NCBI GenBank assembly: GCA_963767925.1
Contig: CAVYGB010000001.1
Location: 1 to 64,000 of the forward strand
Source: an uncultured delta proteobacterium
GTDB taxonomy: Bacteria; Myxococcota_A; Polyangia; Fen-1088
Length of the DNA: 64,000 nucleotides
Reading direction: 5' to 3'
Shown: positions 1-9,255 of the stretch, piece by piece
Layout: each line of letters opens with the position of its first letter
How positions within the stretch are numbered: position 1 is the stretch's first letter
The notes under the pieces: model-generated
Databases searched by the model: none
The model's input: only the letters and a program-made list of their open reading frames with translations
Told to the model about the DNA's origin: nothing
Position numbers and translations under genes: made by a program

Positions 1-284
1 CGACACCCCTGCCGCCGGTGGGCCGAGCGGGGCCAGGCTCAGAGCGGCCCCGGGCCCCTGGGCTTGCCCATTTTCAGGGCAACTTGGGACGCCGGGAATG
101 TCGGTCGCCCGGCCAGATCCACTCCGATGGCCAAGGCACTTAGGTGCAGTTCGGGTGCGCGCGAGCCGAGCGAGCGGTCATGAATGGTCCCGTCGCTATG
201 CGCTGGACGTGGGTGGATGAGAGCTATAGAGTTCGCTGCGTATTGCGCCAGCGCGCAGCGTCGTCGCTGCTGGGAGGCTCGCTC

Positions 285-1874
285 ATGTTCTACCGGTTTC
301 GAATCTCCAACCTGGCTCTTCTGGTTCACCTGGTGCTGGCCGGCTGCTTGAACAGCGCAAACCAGTACGACCCGGAGCTTCATGGGAACGTGCCGTCGAG
401 CGCCGGTGTGCCCGATACGGGATCCGGGCAGCCGGCCGATGGACCAGCGACAGCCTCGACCCAGGAACCCGGGGATTCCGGGACTGCCGCTCCAGACGAC
501 GCGCTCGCCGGAGGGGGGTCGTGCCAGCCCGGTTTTCACCCGTGTTTCGGTCGATGTGTCGAGGACATGTCGACGGCTAGCTGTGGCCAATCTTGCGAAA
601 GTTGTCCCTCGGTTGCGGGAGGGGAAGCGACCTGTGACGGTAAGAAGTGCGGCGCTTCCTGTTCGCCTGGAAAGAAGGTCTGCCTGGGCGCCTGTATCCC
701 GGACAAAGACGCCTGCGCGAACGTCTGCCCGGCGGGGAAGAACCTCTGCAACGGACGGTGCGCAGAGCCGACCAGCCTCGAGGCCTGCGGTACAGCCTGT
801 GTCGCCTGCCCGTCGTCACCAAACGGAGTCTCTTCCTGTGACGGCACCAGCTGCGAGCTCAAATGCAACGCCGGGTACGCCAGATGTGGTGATGGGTGTA
901 TCGCCATGGGCCAGCCTTGCAATGGCATGTGTCTTCCCGGCGAGCTGCTTTGCAACAGTCGCTGCGTGGCGGGTGGACCTGGCTCGTGCTGCCAGGACAG
1001 CGAGTGCGGCGCGTGTCGCCGGTGTCAGGGCTTTCGCTGTGAGGCCACTGCGAATGGCCAGCCGGGCCCGATGTGCGCGGGCATCGCCTGCAACGGTGAT
1101 ACGTTGGCGGCGAAGGTCTGTCAGGCTGGCCAGTGTTCAGAGTCCAGCAGTGGGTGCAACGGCTATGGCTGCGATGGCAGCGCGGCCTGCCGAACGACCT
1201 GTCCGAGCAATACCTTTCGGCAGGGCAATCGCTGCGTACCGTGTGGGGGTGACTCTGGTCGCTGCTGCCCAGGGGATACGAGGGATTGTTCGAATGAATG
1301 CGGTGAACGCGGGACAGCCAGGTGCAACGGCAGCGGAAGCTATGACATGTCGGCATGCCCGGACCGACGAGCCCCCGGTCAGACCGACAGGAATTCATGC
1401 GGGTCAGCCTGCCGGAGATGCGGCAACAACGAACTCTGCCGAGGTGGAAACTGTGAGCTGGAATGTGGCAAGCAGAACCAGCCCTGTTGCCCGGGAGCAT
1501 CTTGCGACTCGGGTCTGTATTGCGATGGCACGTGCAAGCCGCAAAAAGGGCTGGGCGAACGATGCAGGAACATTCGCGACGAATGCCGTCCTCGTGGGCG
1601 GAATCCCAACACGAATGCTGAGACGACGGTCTCCTGCAAGGAGGGGTTTTGCTGTGGCAGCGCCGATCAGAGCTTCGCTTGTTCACCACCCGGAACCCAG
1701 TGCGGCAGCCAGACCGACTGCGCGTCGCTGAAGTGCAACACGGTGACGGCGATTATCTGCTTCCCATCCGGGAACGAGTGTCCGTCTGGATCCGGGGAGG
1801 GAGACCCTTGCACGCAGAGCAACGGCGAGCCGAGCACGTGCAGAAGGCGGATCGTCGACGGGAGCTGCCAGTAG
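285..1874 (+). CDS. Cysteine-rich repeat lipoprotein (myxobacterial type)
   Basis: ATG 285 after GGAGG; signal peptide with lipobox LAGC; low-complexity linker, then tandem Cys-rich modules (CxxxCxxC..CGxxCxxC). Confidence 0.8.
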   Translation: MFYRFRISNLALLVHLVLAGCLNSANQYDPELHGNVPSSAGVPDTGSGQPADGPATASTQEPGDSGTAAPDDALAGGGSCQPGFHPCFGRCVEDMSTASCGQSCESCPSVAGGEATCDGKKCGASCSPGKKVCLGACIPDKDACANVCPAGKNLCNGRCAEPTSLEACGTACVACPSSPNGVSSCDGTSCELKCNAGYARCGDGCIAMGQPCNGMCLPGELLCNSRCVAGGPGSCCQDSECGACRRCQGFRCEATANGQPGPMCAGIACNGDTLAAKVCQAGQCSESSSGCNGYGCDGSAACRTTCPSNTFRQGNRCVPCGGDSGRCCPGDTRDCSNECGERGTARCNGSGSYDMSACPDRRAPGQTDRNSCGSACRRCGNNELCRGGNCELECGKQNQPCCPGASCDSGLYCDGTCKPQKGLGERCRNIRDECRPRGRNPNTNAETTVSCKEGFCCGSADQSFACSPPGTQCGSQTDCASLKCNTVTAIICFPSGNECPSGSGEGDPCTQSNGEPSTCRRRIVDGSCQ

Positions 1875-2106
1875 CGAGGAATCCCTTCTGTCACCGGTCG
1901 AAGACGCTGGCCCGTAGCTGGCGGCGTTGCCTCCCGAAAGAGAAGCGGCGACATGTCCCGGCGGCATGATGCACGTTGCCGGGATCGGCACGGCGCATTG
2001 CGGTGGCCTACATAATTCGTTTCCTAGGGCCTATCTCCGCACTAGTATGGGTCGTTCTAGGTGTCGCCGCGACGCGCTAGCGAACGTTGCACTGGAGGCC
2101 CATCCG

Positions 2107-3096
2107 ATGAAGTCGTTGTTCTCGAGAGGTCGATCCCCGGTAGCTCGCCTGACCATTGGCGCCGCTCTCTATCCGGTCTGCCTGGTCACTGCGCTGCTGG
2201 CACACGAGCCGGTGGCGCTGGGACATGCCCGGCTGGTGGATCCGAAGCCTCGCGACAACTCGACCCAGTACAAGAACGAGAACCTCCCCTGTGGCGGTCA
2301 GCCCGCGCGGTCGGCCGCTCAGCCGCTGACCCGGCTGCAGCCTGGACAGCCGATCACGATTCGCTTCGAGGAGACGGTCAACCACCCGGGTTGCTTCCTC
2401 CTGGATTTCTCGCCGAACGGCGACACCAACTGGCAGGAGCTGGCCAACATCAAGCACGTGGGCACGGCGCCGAATCCGTCGGACCAGCGGCCGCGCCCCT
2501 ACATGTGGACCGGCATGCTGCCGAACGTTGCCTGTGAGGCCTGCACCATCCGGGTCCGTCAGGTGATGATGGAGTCGCGCGGTGGCGAGACCGCCGCTTG
2601 CCCCCCGAATCCGCTCAACAACGTCCCCACCTACTTCTCCTGCTCCAACGTCGTTCTTGCGGCGGCGCAAGAGGCGGACGGCGGCGCCGGCGGCCCCCGT
2701 GACGGTGGCGGTCGGCCCGATGCCGCCCAGCCGCCCCGGCCCGACGCCAGCGTGGCGGCGGTCGACGGCGGTGGCGGGACCGGTGGGACGGGGGGCTCGG
2801 CCGGTGGGACCGGAGGCGCCGGCGGCAGTGGTGGTAGCGCGGGAAGTGGTGGCTCGGCGCCGGTGGCCGGGTCGGGTGGCAGCGCCGGTAGCGCTGGCAC
2901 TGGCGGCAGCGCCGGTAGCGCGGGCAGCGGCGGCAGCTCCGCCCCGGGTACCGGTGGCGCAGCGCCGACGCCTCCCGAGGAGTCGAGCGGCTTCTGCTCG
3001 ATCGGCGGGGCGAATCAGGGGGCGACGTATGCGATGGCGCTGGTCGTGATGGTGGGCATGCTGGTTCGTCGGGCTCGTCGCCGCAACAAGCGCTGA
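2107..3096 (+). CDS. SCE4755-family polysaccharide monooxygenase-like protein with C-terminal MYXO-CTERM-type sorting signal
   Basis: Signal peptide ending ALG|HARL (His1), second His in TVNHPG, CEACTIRVRQVM, TYFSC; Gly/Ser linker; GFCSIG + TM + RRARRR tail. Confidence 0.8.
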   Translation: MKSLFSRGRSPVARLTIGAALYPVCLVTALLAHEPVALGHARLVDPKPRDNSTQYKNENLPCGGQPARSAAQPLTRLQPGQPITIRFEETVNHPGCFLLDFSPNGDTNWQELANIKHVGTAPNPSDQRPRPYMWTGMLPNVACEACTIRVRQVMMESRGGETAACPPNPLNNVPTYFSCSNVVLAAAQEADGGAGGPRDGGGRPDAAQPPRPDASVAAVDGGGGTGGTGGSAGGTGGAGGSGGSAGSGGSAPVAGSGGSAGSAGTGGSAGSAGSGGSSAPGTGGAAPTPPEESSGFCSIGGANQGATYAMALVVMVGMLVRRARRRNKR

Positions 3097-3231
3097 ACGA
3101 ACCGACCAAGTCGGCCAAACAGGGCCCGTCGTTCAACCGCCGTCTATGCACGGGTTGACGGACGGGCCCGTTGCCGTTCTCCATCTCCTTCCGAGCACGC
3201 CCCTGGGAGGTTCGCTGGCGTGGAGCCCCAG

Positions 3232-3810
3232 CTAGAGCTGGGCGTCTTGCCAGAGGATCGACAGATCCAGCTCGAACGCTTCGAATGGCGCTGCGCGCAC
3301 CTTGGCGTCGTCGCGGAAAACAGCGAGGGTCAACCACTGGCCGGGCTTTTCCGGGGACAGCCGCAGCACCTCCAGGGTGCGGGCGAGCGGATTGATCAGC
3401 CAGGCGCTGGTCGTGCCGGCCTTCGCGTAGAGCCTGATCTTGTCGCCTCGATCGAAACGCTCCGTCGAAGGAGAGAGGATTTCGCAGACCCAGTCGGGTC
3501 GAATCTCGAAGTAGGGCTCGTTCGCGACGACACCCATCGTCTCGCGCTTCCACCCCGCCAAGTCGGGCACGAGGATGCTTCCCTCCAGATGCAGCTCCGG
3601 CTCGTCGAGGATGATCCATCCACCCGGACCACCTCGGCCGCGGCTGAATGGGGGGGTCAGCTCCGCGCCAAGGGCAGTCGCGGCAACGAGGTGGGGACCA
3701 GCCGGACGGGGACTGAGAATCAGCTCGCCATCGATGATCTCCGCGACCTTGTGAGGAGGCGCGGCAAGCACGTCCTGGTAGGTAGCGCGGCGGCCAACGG
3801 GCTTTCCCAT
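3232..3810 (-). CDS. Uma2 family (PDDEXK-like) endonuclease domain protein
   Basis: AEIIDGEL..PRP..PH, GPGGWIILDEPELHL, VPDLAGW, PDWVCEILSPST..DR..K...YA motifs. Confidence 0.92.
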   Translation of the reverse strand: MGKPVGRRATYQDVLAAPPHKVAEIIDGELILSPRPAGPHLVAATALGAELTPPFSRGRGGPGGWIILDEPELHLEGSILVPDLAGWKRETMGVVANEPYFEIRPDWVCEILSPSTERFDRGDKIRLYAKAGTTSAWLINPLARTLEVLRLSPEKPGQWLTLAVFRDDAKVRAAPFEAFELDLSILWQDAQL

Positions 3811-3933
3811 CGACTCCCATGATACCAAGCGGCGCCGGATGGACGTAGGGCGAGGTGCGTTGCTGGGGATCCAGGTGCATCGCGCTGCCCTCGGGGTGCC
3901 GGGCGACCTGATCGCGGTGGTCGGCGTCGCGGC

Positions 3934-4848
3934 TTAGCGGCGAGGGCGGGCGAGCTCCAGCGCCCAGGGCTGGCCGCGGACGAAAAATGGAACCCGGGTG
4001 GGTGGCGGAGCCCACGACCACGATGCGGGTGGTTCGGCGCGGGGGGGAGTCCAGGCGGGCGGGGCGCTCCGGGGGGGCGTGGTCCAGGGGGTCAGGCGGA
4101 TCGCCAGGGTGGGGTCGAGCAGGGGTGGGCGATCGGCGGCGAGGGCGGGCAGGGGGAGCGCGGTCAGCAGCACGCCTTGCAGGTCGGATCCCGCGCCCGG
4201 GCGGTGGGGTCCTCCCGCGACGGGAACTACGATGAGAAGGCGCGAACCGGTGCCGGGGGTGAGGGGCGAGCGGGGGGGCAGCAGCACTTCGGGTTGGCCG
4301 GAGCGGCGTGCGCGGGTGATGGCGCCGGCGATGTTGGGGTCGGACAGGAGGTCGAGGCCCAGCAGGGGGTTGCCGGCGGTGGGGGGATCGGTGAGGTGAA
4401 CCGGGAAGTGCTCGGGGCGGGTGCGGGCGGGGTGCAGGCCGCCCTGGCCGTCGGGGTCGCGGATGTGGAAGCTGCGGAAGGCGTGGCGCCCGCTGTGGAG
4501 CTCGTAGTCGGCGCGCGCCTGGGCGGGGACCTGCGGGGCCCACAGGACGAGGCTCCGGTCGGCCGGGCTGCCGTCGCCGGGATCGAGCGCGCGGGAGAAG
4601 GCGCGCCAGTCGAGCGGCTCGCCGGTTGCTACCTGCCGGGCCAGGGGAGCGAGCCGGGTGAGGGCCCGCTCGACCTGCTCCTCGAGCACGCGGGCCAGGC
4701 CGGCTGCGCGGTCGGCCAGAGCCTGCTCGTCGGGGGCGGCGGGACCGCCGCCGGCCGAGGTGAGGGCTGCCAGGAACCCGGCGAGCGCGGCGGCCTGCAG
4801 GGCGACCGCCTGCGCGCGGAGGCGGGCGGGGGACCTACGACCCGGCAC
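3934..4848 (-). CDS. CHASE domain protein with no cytoplasmic output domain (start uncertain)
   Basis: N-terminal hydrophobic segment; LWAPQV..R..YE, RPEHFPV, GNPLLGLDLLSDP..AITRARRSGQ CHASE motifs; ORF stops right after the final GQPWALEL strand. Confidence 0.72.
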   Translation of the reverse strand: MPGRRSPARLRAQAVALQAAALAGFLAALTSAGGGPAAPDEQALADRAAGLARVLEEQVERALTRLAPLARQVATGEPLDWRAFSRALDPGDGSPADRSLVLWAPQVPAQARADYELHSGRHAFRSFHIRDPDGQGGLHPARTRPEHFPVHLTDPPTAGNPLLGLDLLSDPNIAGAITRARRSGQPEVLLPPRSPLTPGTGSRLLIVVPVAGGPHRPGAGSDLQGVLLTALPLPALAADRPPLLDPTLAIRLTPWTTPPRSAPPAWTPPRAEPPASWSWAPPPTRVPFFVRGQPWALELARPRR

Positions 4849-4980
4849 GGCCCCCGCATCGGGGGAAACGGCGCATCGCTTGAGCCCGGGCCGGACCACC
4901 AGGGATGAGATGGGTTCGGCCAGGCACCACGTCCTTTGCCAGTTCCCCGCAACCCCCCGCAGCCCGGGGCGGGGTGACAA

Positions 4981-5120
4981 CCGGCGCCGCTCGCTCCCGT
5001 CCCGGAGGCCAGGGGGGCCGTCCGGCGCCGCTCGCTGCCCTCCAGCGGGCCGGGGGGCCGGCGTCCGGCGCCGCTCGCTGCCCTCCAGCGGGCCGGGGGG
5101 CCGGTCGGGCGCTCGCTGCC
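4981..5120. repeat. About 43-bp imperfect tandem repeat (about 3.3 units) in a divergent intergenic region
   Basis: CCGGCGCCGCTCGCTGCCCTCCAGCGGGCCGGGGGGCCGG at 5022 and 5065; degenerate units at 4981 and about 5106. Confidence 0.8.
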
Positions 5121-5174
5121 GGTGCTGGCCTTGCGCTGGGGTATCGTGGGGGTGGGCCGAGCAAGGAGCGAGAC

Positions 5175-5939
5175 ATGGAGATCGTGACGGACAAGCAGGA
5201 CCGGGTGGTGCGCATCCAGATCAACCGGCCGGAGAAGAAGAACGCCATCACGGCGGCCATGTATCAGGCGATGGCCCAGGCCCTGGTCGACCTCGAGGCC
5301 GACGGGGAGGCGCGCGTGGGGCTCATCCACGGCAGCGCGGGGATGTTCACGGCGGGCAACGACCTCGGCGACTTCCTGGTCAATCCGCCCGCCGACGAGA
5401 ACGCGCCGGTGTTCCAGTTTTTGCGGGCGATCAGCGGCGCGAGCAAGCCGCTGGTGGCGGCGGTCAGCGGGCCGGCGGTCGGGGTGGGGACCACCTTGCT
5501 GCTCCACTGTGATCTGGTCTACGCCGCGGAGTCGGCGCAGTTCCGGCTGCCGTTCGCGCCGCTGGGGCTCTGTCCCGAGGCGGCGTCAAGCCTCCTGCTG
5601 CCGGCCATCGCCGGGTATCAGCGGGCCGCCGAGAAGCTGATGCTGGGCGAGCCATTCGGCGCCGCCGAGGCGCGCGAGATGGGGTTCGTCAACGAGGTGC
5701 TGCCCGACGCCCAGGTGCTCGAGCGCGCGCAGGCGCAGGCGGCCCGCCTGGCCGCCATGTCCCCGGCGGCCTTGCGCGCGACAAAGGTGCTGATGAAGCG
5801 CGGGCAGCGCGCCCAGGTCCAGGAGCAGATGCAGGAGGAGGCGGTCCACTTCCGGCGGCTGCTCGCCTCGCCCGAGGCGCGGGAGGCCTTCGCCGCCTTC
5901 TTCGCGCGGCGAAAGCCCGATCCGCCCCCCGCCACCTGA
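5175..5939 (+). CDS. Enoyl-CoA hydratase/isomerase (crotonase family)
   Basis: AAGGAG RBS; INRPEKKNAIT, FTAGNDL, KPLVAAVSGPAVGVG, LGLCPEAASS. Confidence 0.95.
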   Translation: MEIVTDKQDRVVRIQINRPEKKNAITAAMYQAMAQALVDLEADGEARVGLIHGSAGMFTAGNDLGDFLVNPPADENAPVFQFLRAISGASKPLVAAVSGPAVGVGTTLLLHCDLVYAAESAQFRLPFAPLGLCPEAASSLLLPAIAGYQRAAEKLMLGEPFGAAEAREMGFVNEVLPDAQVLERAQAQAARLAAMSPAALRATKVLMKRGQRAQVQEQMQEEAVHFRRLLASPEAREAFAAFFARRKPDPPPAT

Positions 5940-6080
5940 GGTCGGGCGGGGGTGGCATCGGCGCCGCCCTGAGGTCAGGGTGCCCCCCGGGGCCTGGCGG
6001 GGTGTGAACCACGTCATGGACGAGGTCGTTCGTGTGCGGGCGCGCGCAACCTTGGGTGCGCCGCTCCGAAAAAGCCTGCC

Positions 6081-7268
6081 ATGTTGTTGGACAGTCCATT
6101 GCTGCCGGTCCGGTCCTCCTTGATCGGCCAGGACAGGCGGTTCGTTCGGCAGGTCGAGCGCGCGGTGAAGCTGGCGCCCTCGCCGGCGCCGGTGCTGGTG
6201 GTCGGTGAGAGCGGAACGGGCAAGGAGCTGCTGGCGCGGCTGCTGCACGAGCTGGGGCCCGCGCCCTGCGGTCCCTTCGTGGCCGTAAACTGCGGAGCCC
6301 TGTCGCCCGAGCTGGCCGAGAGCGAGCTGTTCGGACACGAGCGGGGGGCCTTCACCGGCGCCGACGGCCGCCACACCGGCTGGTTCGAGGAGGCGGCCGG
6401 TGGCACCCTCGTGCTCGACGAGGTCGGCGAGCTCCCGATGGCCTTGCAGCCCAAGCTGTTGCGCGTGCTGGAGACCGGACGCCTGCGGCGGGTGGGCGGG
6501 CAGGGCGAGCGCCCGGTCGACGTGCGGATCGTGGCGGTCACGCTGCGGGACCTGCGGCGTGAGGCTCGCCGGGGCCGGTTCCGCAGCGACCTCTTCCATC
6601 GGCTGTCGGTGCTCGGGGTGGACCTGCCGCCCCTGCGCGCGCGCCCCGGCGATATCCCCGTGCTCGCGCGGCACTTCCTCGCCGAGCTGGCCAGCGAGAC
6701 CGGTACGTCGCGGGTCCTCACCGCCGCCGCGCTGGCGGCGCTGGCCCGCCACGACTGGCCCGGCAACGTCCGCGAGCTGCGCAACGTCGTCCGGCGGGCG
6801 GGCATCCTCGGCGCGGGGAACATCGACGCCGCTGATCTCGAGCTGGGCTCGCCCACGCGGCGCTGGCCGGCCCACGCCTCGGAGGCCGGCGCCCTTGTCG
6901 CGCCCCTGCCCCCGGCCACCAGGTTGCCGCCGGCGGTCGCGCCACGACCCCTGTCGGCGACGATGCCGCCAGCGTTCCTGTCGGCGTTGCCGCCGCCGGT
7001 GGCGCCTCTGCCCCCGGCGGCGACTTTGCTGCCGGGTGGCCCGCCACCTTCGCTCGCGCCATCCTCCCCACCGGCGCGGTCCGCGTGCGGGCGGGGCGAC
7101 CTGGGCGGCGGCACGCTCGCGCTGCGCGGGCGGGGGTTCCTCGAGATGAAGCGCGAGATCTACGCCTACGCCCTGCGGGCGTGCGGTGGGAGCCGCCGGC
7201 GGGCGGCCCGGCGGCTCGGGATCTCCCGGTCCACCTTCTGTGACGTCGCCCGCCGCCTGGGGCTGTGA
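6081..7268 (+). CDS. Sigma54-dependent transcriptional activator (AAA+ and Fis-type HTH) lacking an N-terminal sensor
   Basis: GESGTGKE Walker A, ESELFGHERGAFTGA, LDEVGE, WPGNVRELRN, C-terminal AARRLGISRST HTH. Confidence 0.92.
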   Translation: MLLDSPLLPVRSSLIGQDRRFVRQVERAVKLAPSPAPVLVVGESGTGKELLARLLHELGPAPCGPFVAVNCGALSPELAESELFGHERGAFTGADGRHTGWFEEAAGGTLVLDEVGELPMALQPKLLRVLETGRLRRVGGQGERPVDVRIVAVTLRDLRREARRGRFRSDLFHRLSVLGVDLPPLRARPGDIPVLARHFLAELASETGTSRVLTAAALAALARHDWPGNVRELRNVVRRAGILGAGNIDAADLELGSPTRRWPAHASEAGALVAPLPPATRLPPAVAPRPLSATMPPAFLSALPPPVAPLPPAATLLPGGPPPSLAPSSPPARSACGRGDLGGGTLALRGRGFLEMKREIYAYALRACGGSRRRAARRLGISRSTFCDVARRLGL

Positions 7269-7369
7269 CGGGCGCGAGGTGTGAGGCGCGTCGCGCGCCT
7301 TCGCCCCTGCGGGCCCGGCCCATGAATGGACGAGACCGACGCCCCCGTCCCAGGATCGGAGGCATCGCT

Positions 7370-8047
7370 ATGAAGACACAAGCCCTGGCTGCTTTGATGA
7401 CGCTGCTGCCCGGAGTGGCGGCCGCTCAGGTGAAACTAATGGTCGGCATCCCGAGTGTGCAGGTGTCGGTCAACGGCCCCGTGGGCGAGCCGCCAGGGCC
7501 CGACTATGTGTGGGAGCCCGCACGCATGGTCAACGAGAACGGCCGGTGGATGCAGCAGCCGGGCTACTGGCGCCAGGTCGCGCCGCCGCCCCCGCCGGTG
7601 ACTTACGACCCGGGGTACCAGGGCTATCCCCCGCCCCAGGCGGGGTATGAGAGCTATCCTCCGCCCCAGGTGGTCTACACCGAGGTGGCGCCGCCCGCAC
7701 CGCTGGTCGAGGTTCGCCCGGCGCCGCCCTACGGGGGCGCGATCTGGATCGGGGGGTACTGGAACTGGAACCACCGCCGCTACCACTGGGTAGGCGGCCG
7801 CTGGGACCGCCCCCGCCACGGCTACGCCTGGCATGCGCCCCGCTGGCAACGCCAGGGTCACCGCTGGGCCGTCCACACCGGCGGCTGGCGCCGCTACGGC
7901 GGCGACCGTTACGATCGCTACGACCGTGGCGATCGCCGGGATCGCTGGGACCGCTACGACCGCTCCGACCGCCGGGACCGACGCGACAACGACCGCCGCT
8001 CGCGCTACGGCCACCACGGCCGCGACCGCGACGGCCGCCGCCACTAG
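7370..8047 (+). CDS. Exported YXWGXW-repeat protein with Arg/Asp-rich tail
   Basis: GGAGG RBS; signal peptide; APPAPLVEVRPAPP, WIGGYWNW, WVGGRW repeats; DRYDR-rich tail. Confidence 0.85.
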   Translation: MKTQALAALMTLLPGVAAAQVKLMVGIPSVQVSVNGPVGEPPGPDYVWEPARMVNENGRWMQQPGYWRQVAPPPPPVTYDPGYQGYPPPQAGYESYPPPQVVYTEVAPPAPLVEVRPAPPYGGAIWIGGYWNWNHRRYHWVGGRWDRPRHGYAWHAPRWQRQGHRWAVHTGGWRRYGGDRYDRYDRGDRRDRWDRYDRSDRRDRRDNDRRSRYGHHGRDRDGRRH

Positions 8048-8052
8048 GCGGT

Positions 8053-8140
8053 CACGTCGTCGTCTCCGTGCACGTCTTCCGTGCACGTCGACGTGAGACG
8101 TGCACGTCTGACGGGCTCCGTGCACGTGCACGTCATTTTG
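8053..8140. repeat. Short CACGT/GTGCAC-rich element related to the 26367-26686 array
   Basis: Shares CACGTCTTCCGT, CGTGAGACGT, GACGGG(C/T)TCCGTGCACG and GTGCACGTGCACG sub-motifs; lies between convergent genes. Confidence 0.8.
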
Positions 8141-8183
8141 GATCGGGCGCAAGGCGGCCGGCGGAGCCACCTCTCCCGCGCCG

Positions 8184-9119
8184 TCAGGGTGGCGGCGGGG
8201 CGATCAGCCATCGCACCGCCGCGTCGAACAGGGCCCACCCGTCGGGGGTCAACGCGGGGAAGGTCTGTTCCAGGGCAAACCAGCCGACCCGGCGCGCGGG
8301 GGCCGGGCCGAAGGCGCCGGGGGCGCCCCGCTCCAGGCCGACGATGCCGACCTCGTCGTCGTCGCCCAGCAGGGTGGCGATGGGGGTGGCGCCCGGCACG
8401 GTCTGGGCCGATCCGAAGAGCCCGGCCACCCGCGCCACGCGGACGACGCCGGCGCGGCCGGCGGCCAGCGGGTGCTCGGGCGCGACGATCCGGAGCTGGA
8501 TCTCGCCCGGGTTTATCGCACCTTCCTCGTTCTCCTGGCTGATGCCCAGGTCGTCGAAGAACCCGGCGCTGCTGCAGAGCATGGGGACCGGCACCTCCCC
8601 GGTCTGGCGGGCCACGCCGGTGCCGGCGGGAACCGAGCTGGTCAGGACGACGAGGGCGTAGCCGCGGGCCGCCTCGACCGCGGCGGTGGCCGCCGCCGCG
8701 CCGGCGATCTCGTGGACCGTCACCTGAAAGCCGAGCAGCGAGAGCCGGCGCGAGACGATGGTGTCGCCCATCGACAGCGGCTGCTCGCCGACCAGGAGGA
8801 GGGCCGTCCGGGCGACCGCGACAGCGGTAGGTGGCGGGGCGTCGATCGGTGGCGGGAGGGGACCTCCCGCGGGGGGAGCGGGCGCTGCGGCGTCCCCCGC
8901 TGCCGGACCCTCGACGCTGGTGGAGGGTCCGGCGCCAGGCGCGGCGCCAGCATCTCCGGCCGCGCGCGGGGCGCTGCGGGTCACGCCTCCGTCGCGGCGG
9001 AAGACGGTCCCGAACAGCCCCTCGTCGCTGACATCACAGGATGAAGGCATCGCCGCGAGCACCACGAGCCACAACAGGCCAGAGCGCTTGCGCCGAAGCC
9101 GGGGCCGGCCTTCGGACAA
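8184..9119 (-). CDS. Lipoprotein of unknown function, paralog A (start uncertain, TTG 9119)
   Basis: Cys-DVSDEGL after hydrophobic stretch; Pro/Ala linker; C-terminal domain ending APARRVGWF..W.LFDAAVRW. Confidence 0.75.
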   Translation of the reverse strand: MSEGRPRLRRKRSGLLWLVVLAAMPSSCDVSDEGLFGTVFRRDGGVTRSAPRAAGDAGAAPGAGPSTSVEGPAAGDAAAPAPPAGGPLPPPIDAPPPTAVAVARTALLLVGEQPLSMGDTIVSRRLSLLGFQVTVHEIAGAAAATAAVEAARGYALVVLTSSVPAGTGVARQTGEVPVPMLCSSAGFFDDLGISQENEEGAINPGEIQLRIVAPEHPLAAGRAGVVRVARVAGLFGSAQTVPGATPIATLLGDDDEVGIVGLERGAPGAFGPAPARRVGWFALEQTFPALTPDGWALFDAAVRWLIAPPPP

Positions 9120-9255
9120 CCCACACACCTCGGCATGACTATGGACCGGATGGCCCCGGGCCGACAACCGCAACGGCCCTCCGGAGAGCCTGCGAAACCC
9201 GGCGGAAACGATTTTATCGACCGTCCCCGGGCGCGGGACAGCCCCAGGATAAACC

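Noticed and set aside
3232..3810. Uma2 gene as part of a restriction or defence system
   Set aside because: No methylase or partner genes; solitary Uma2 paralogs are common
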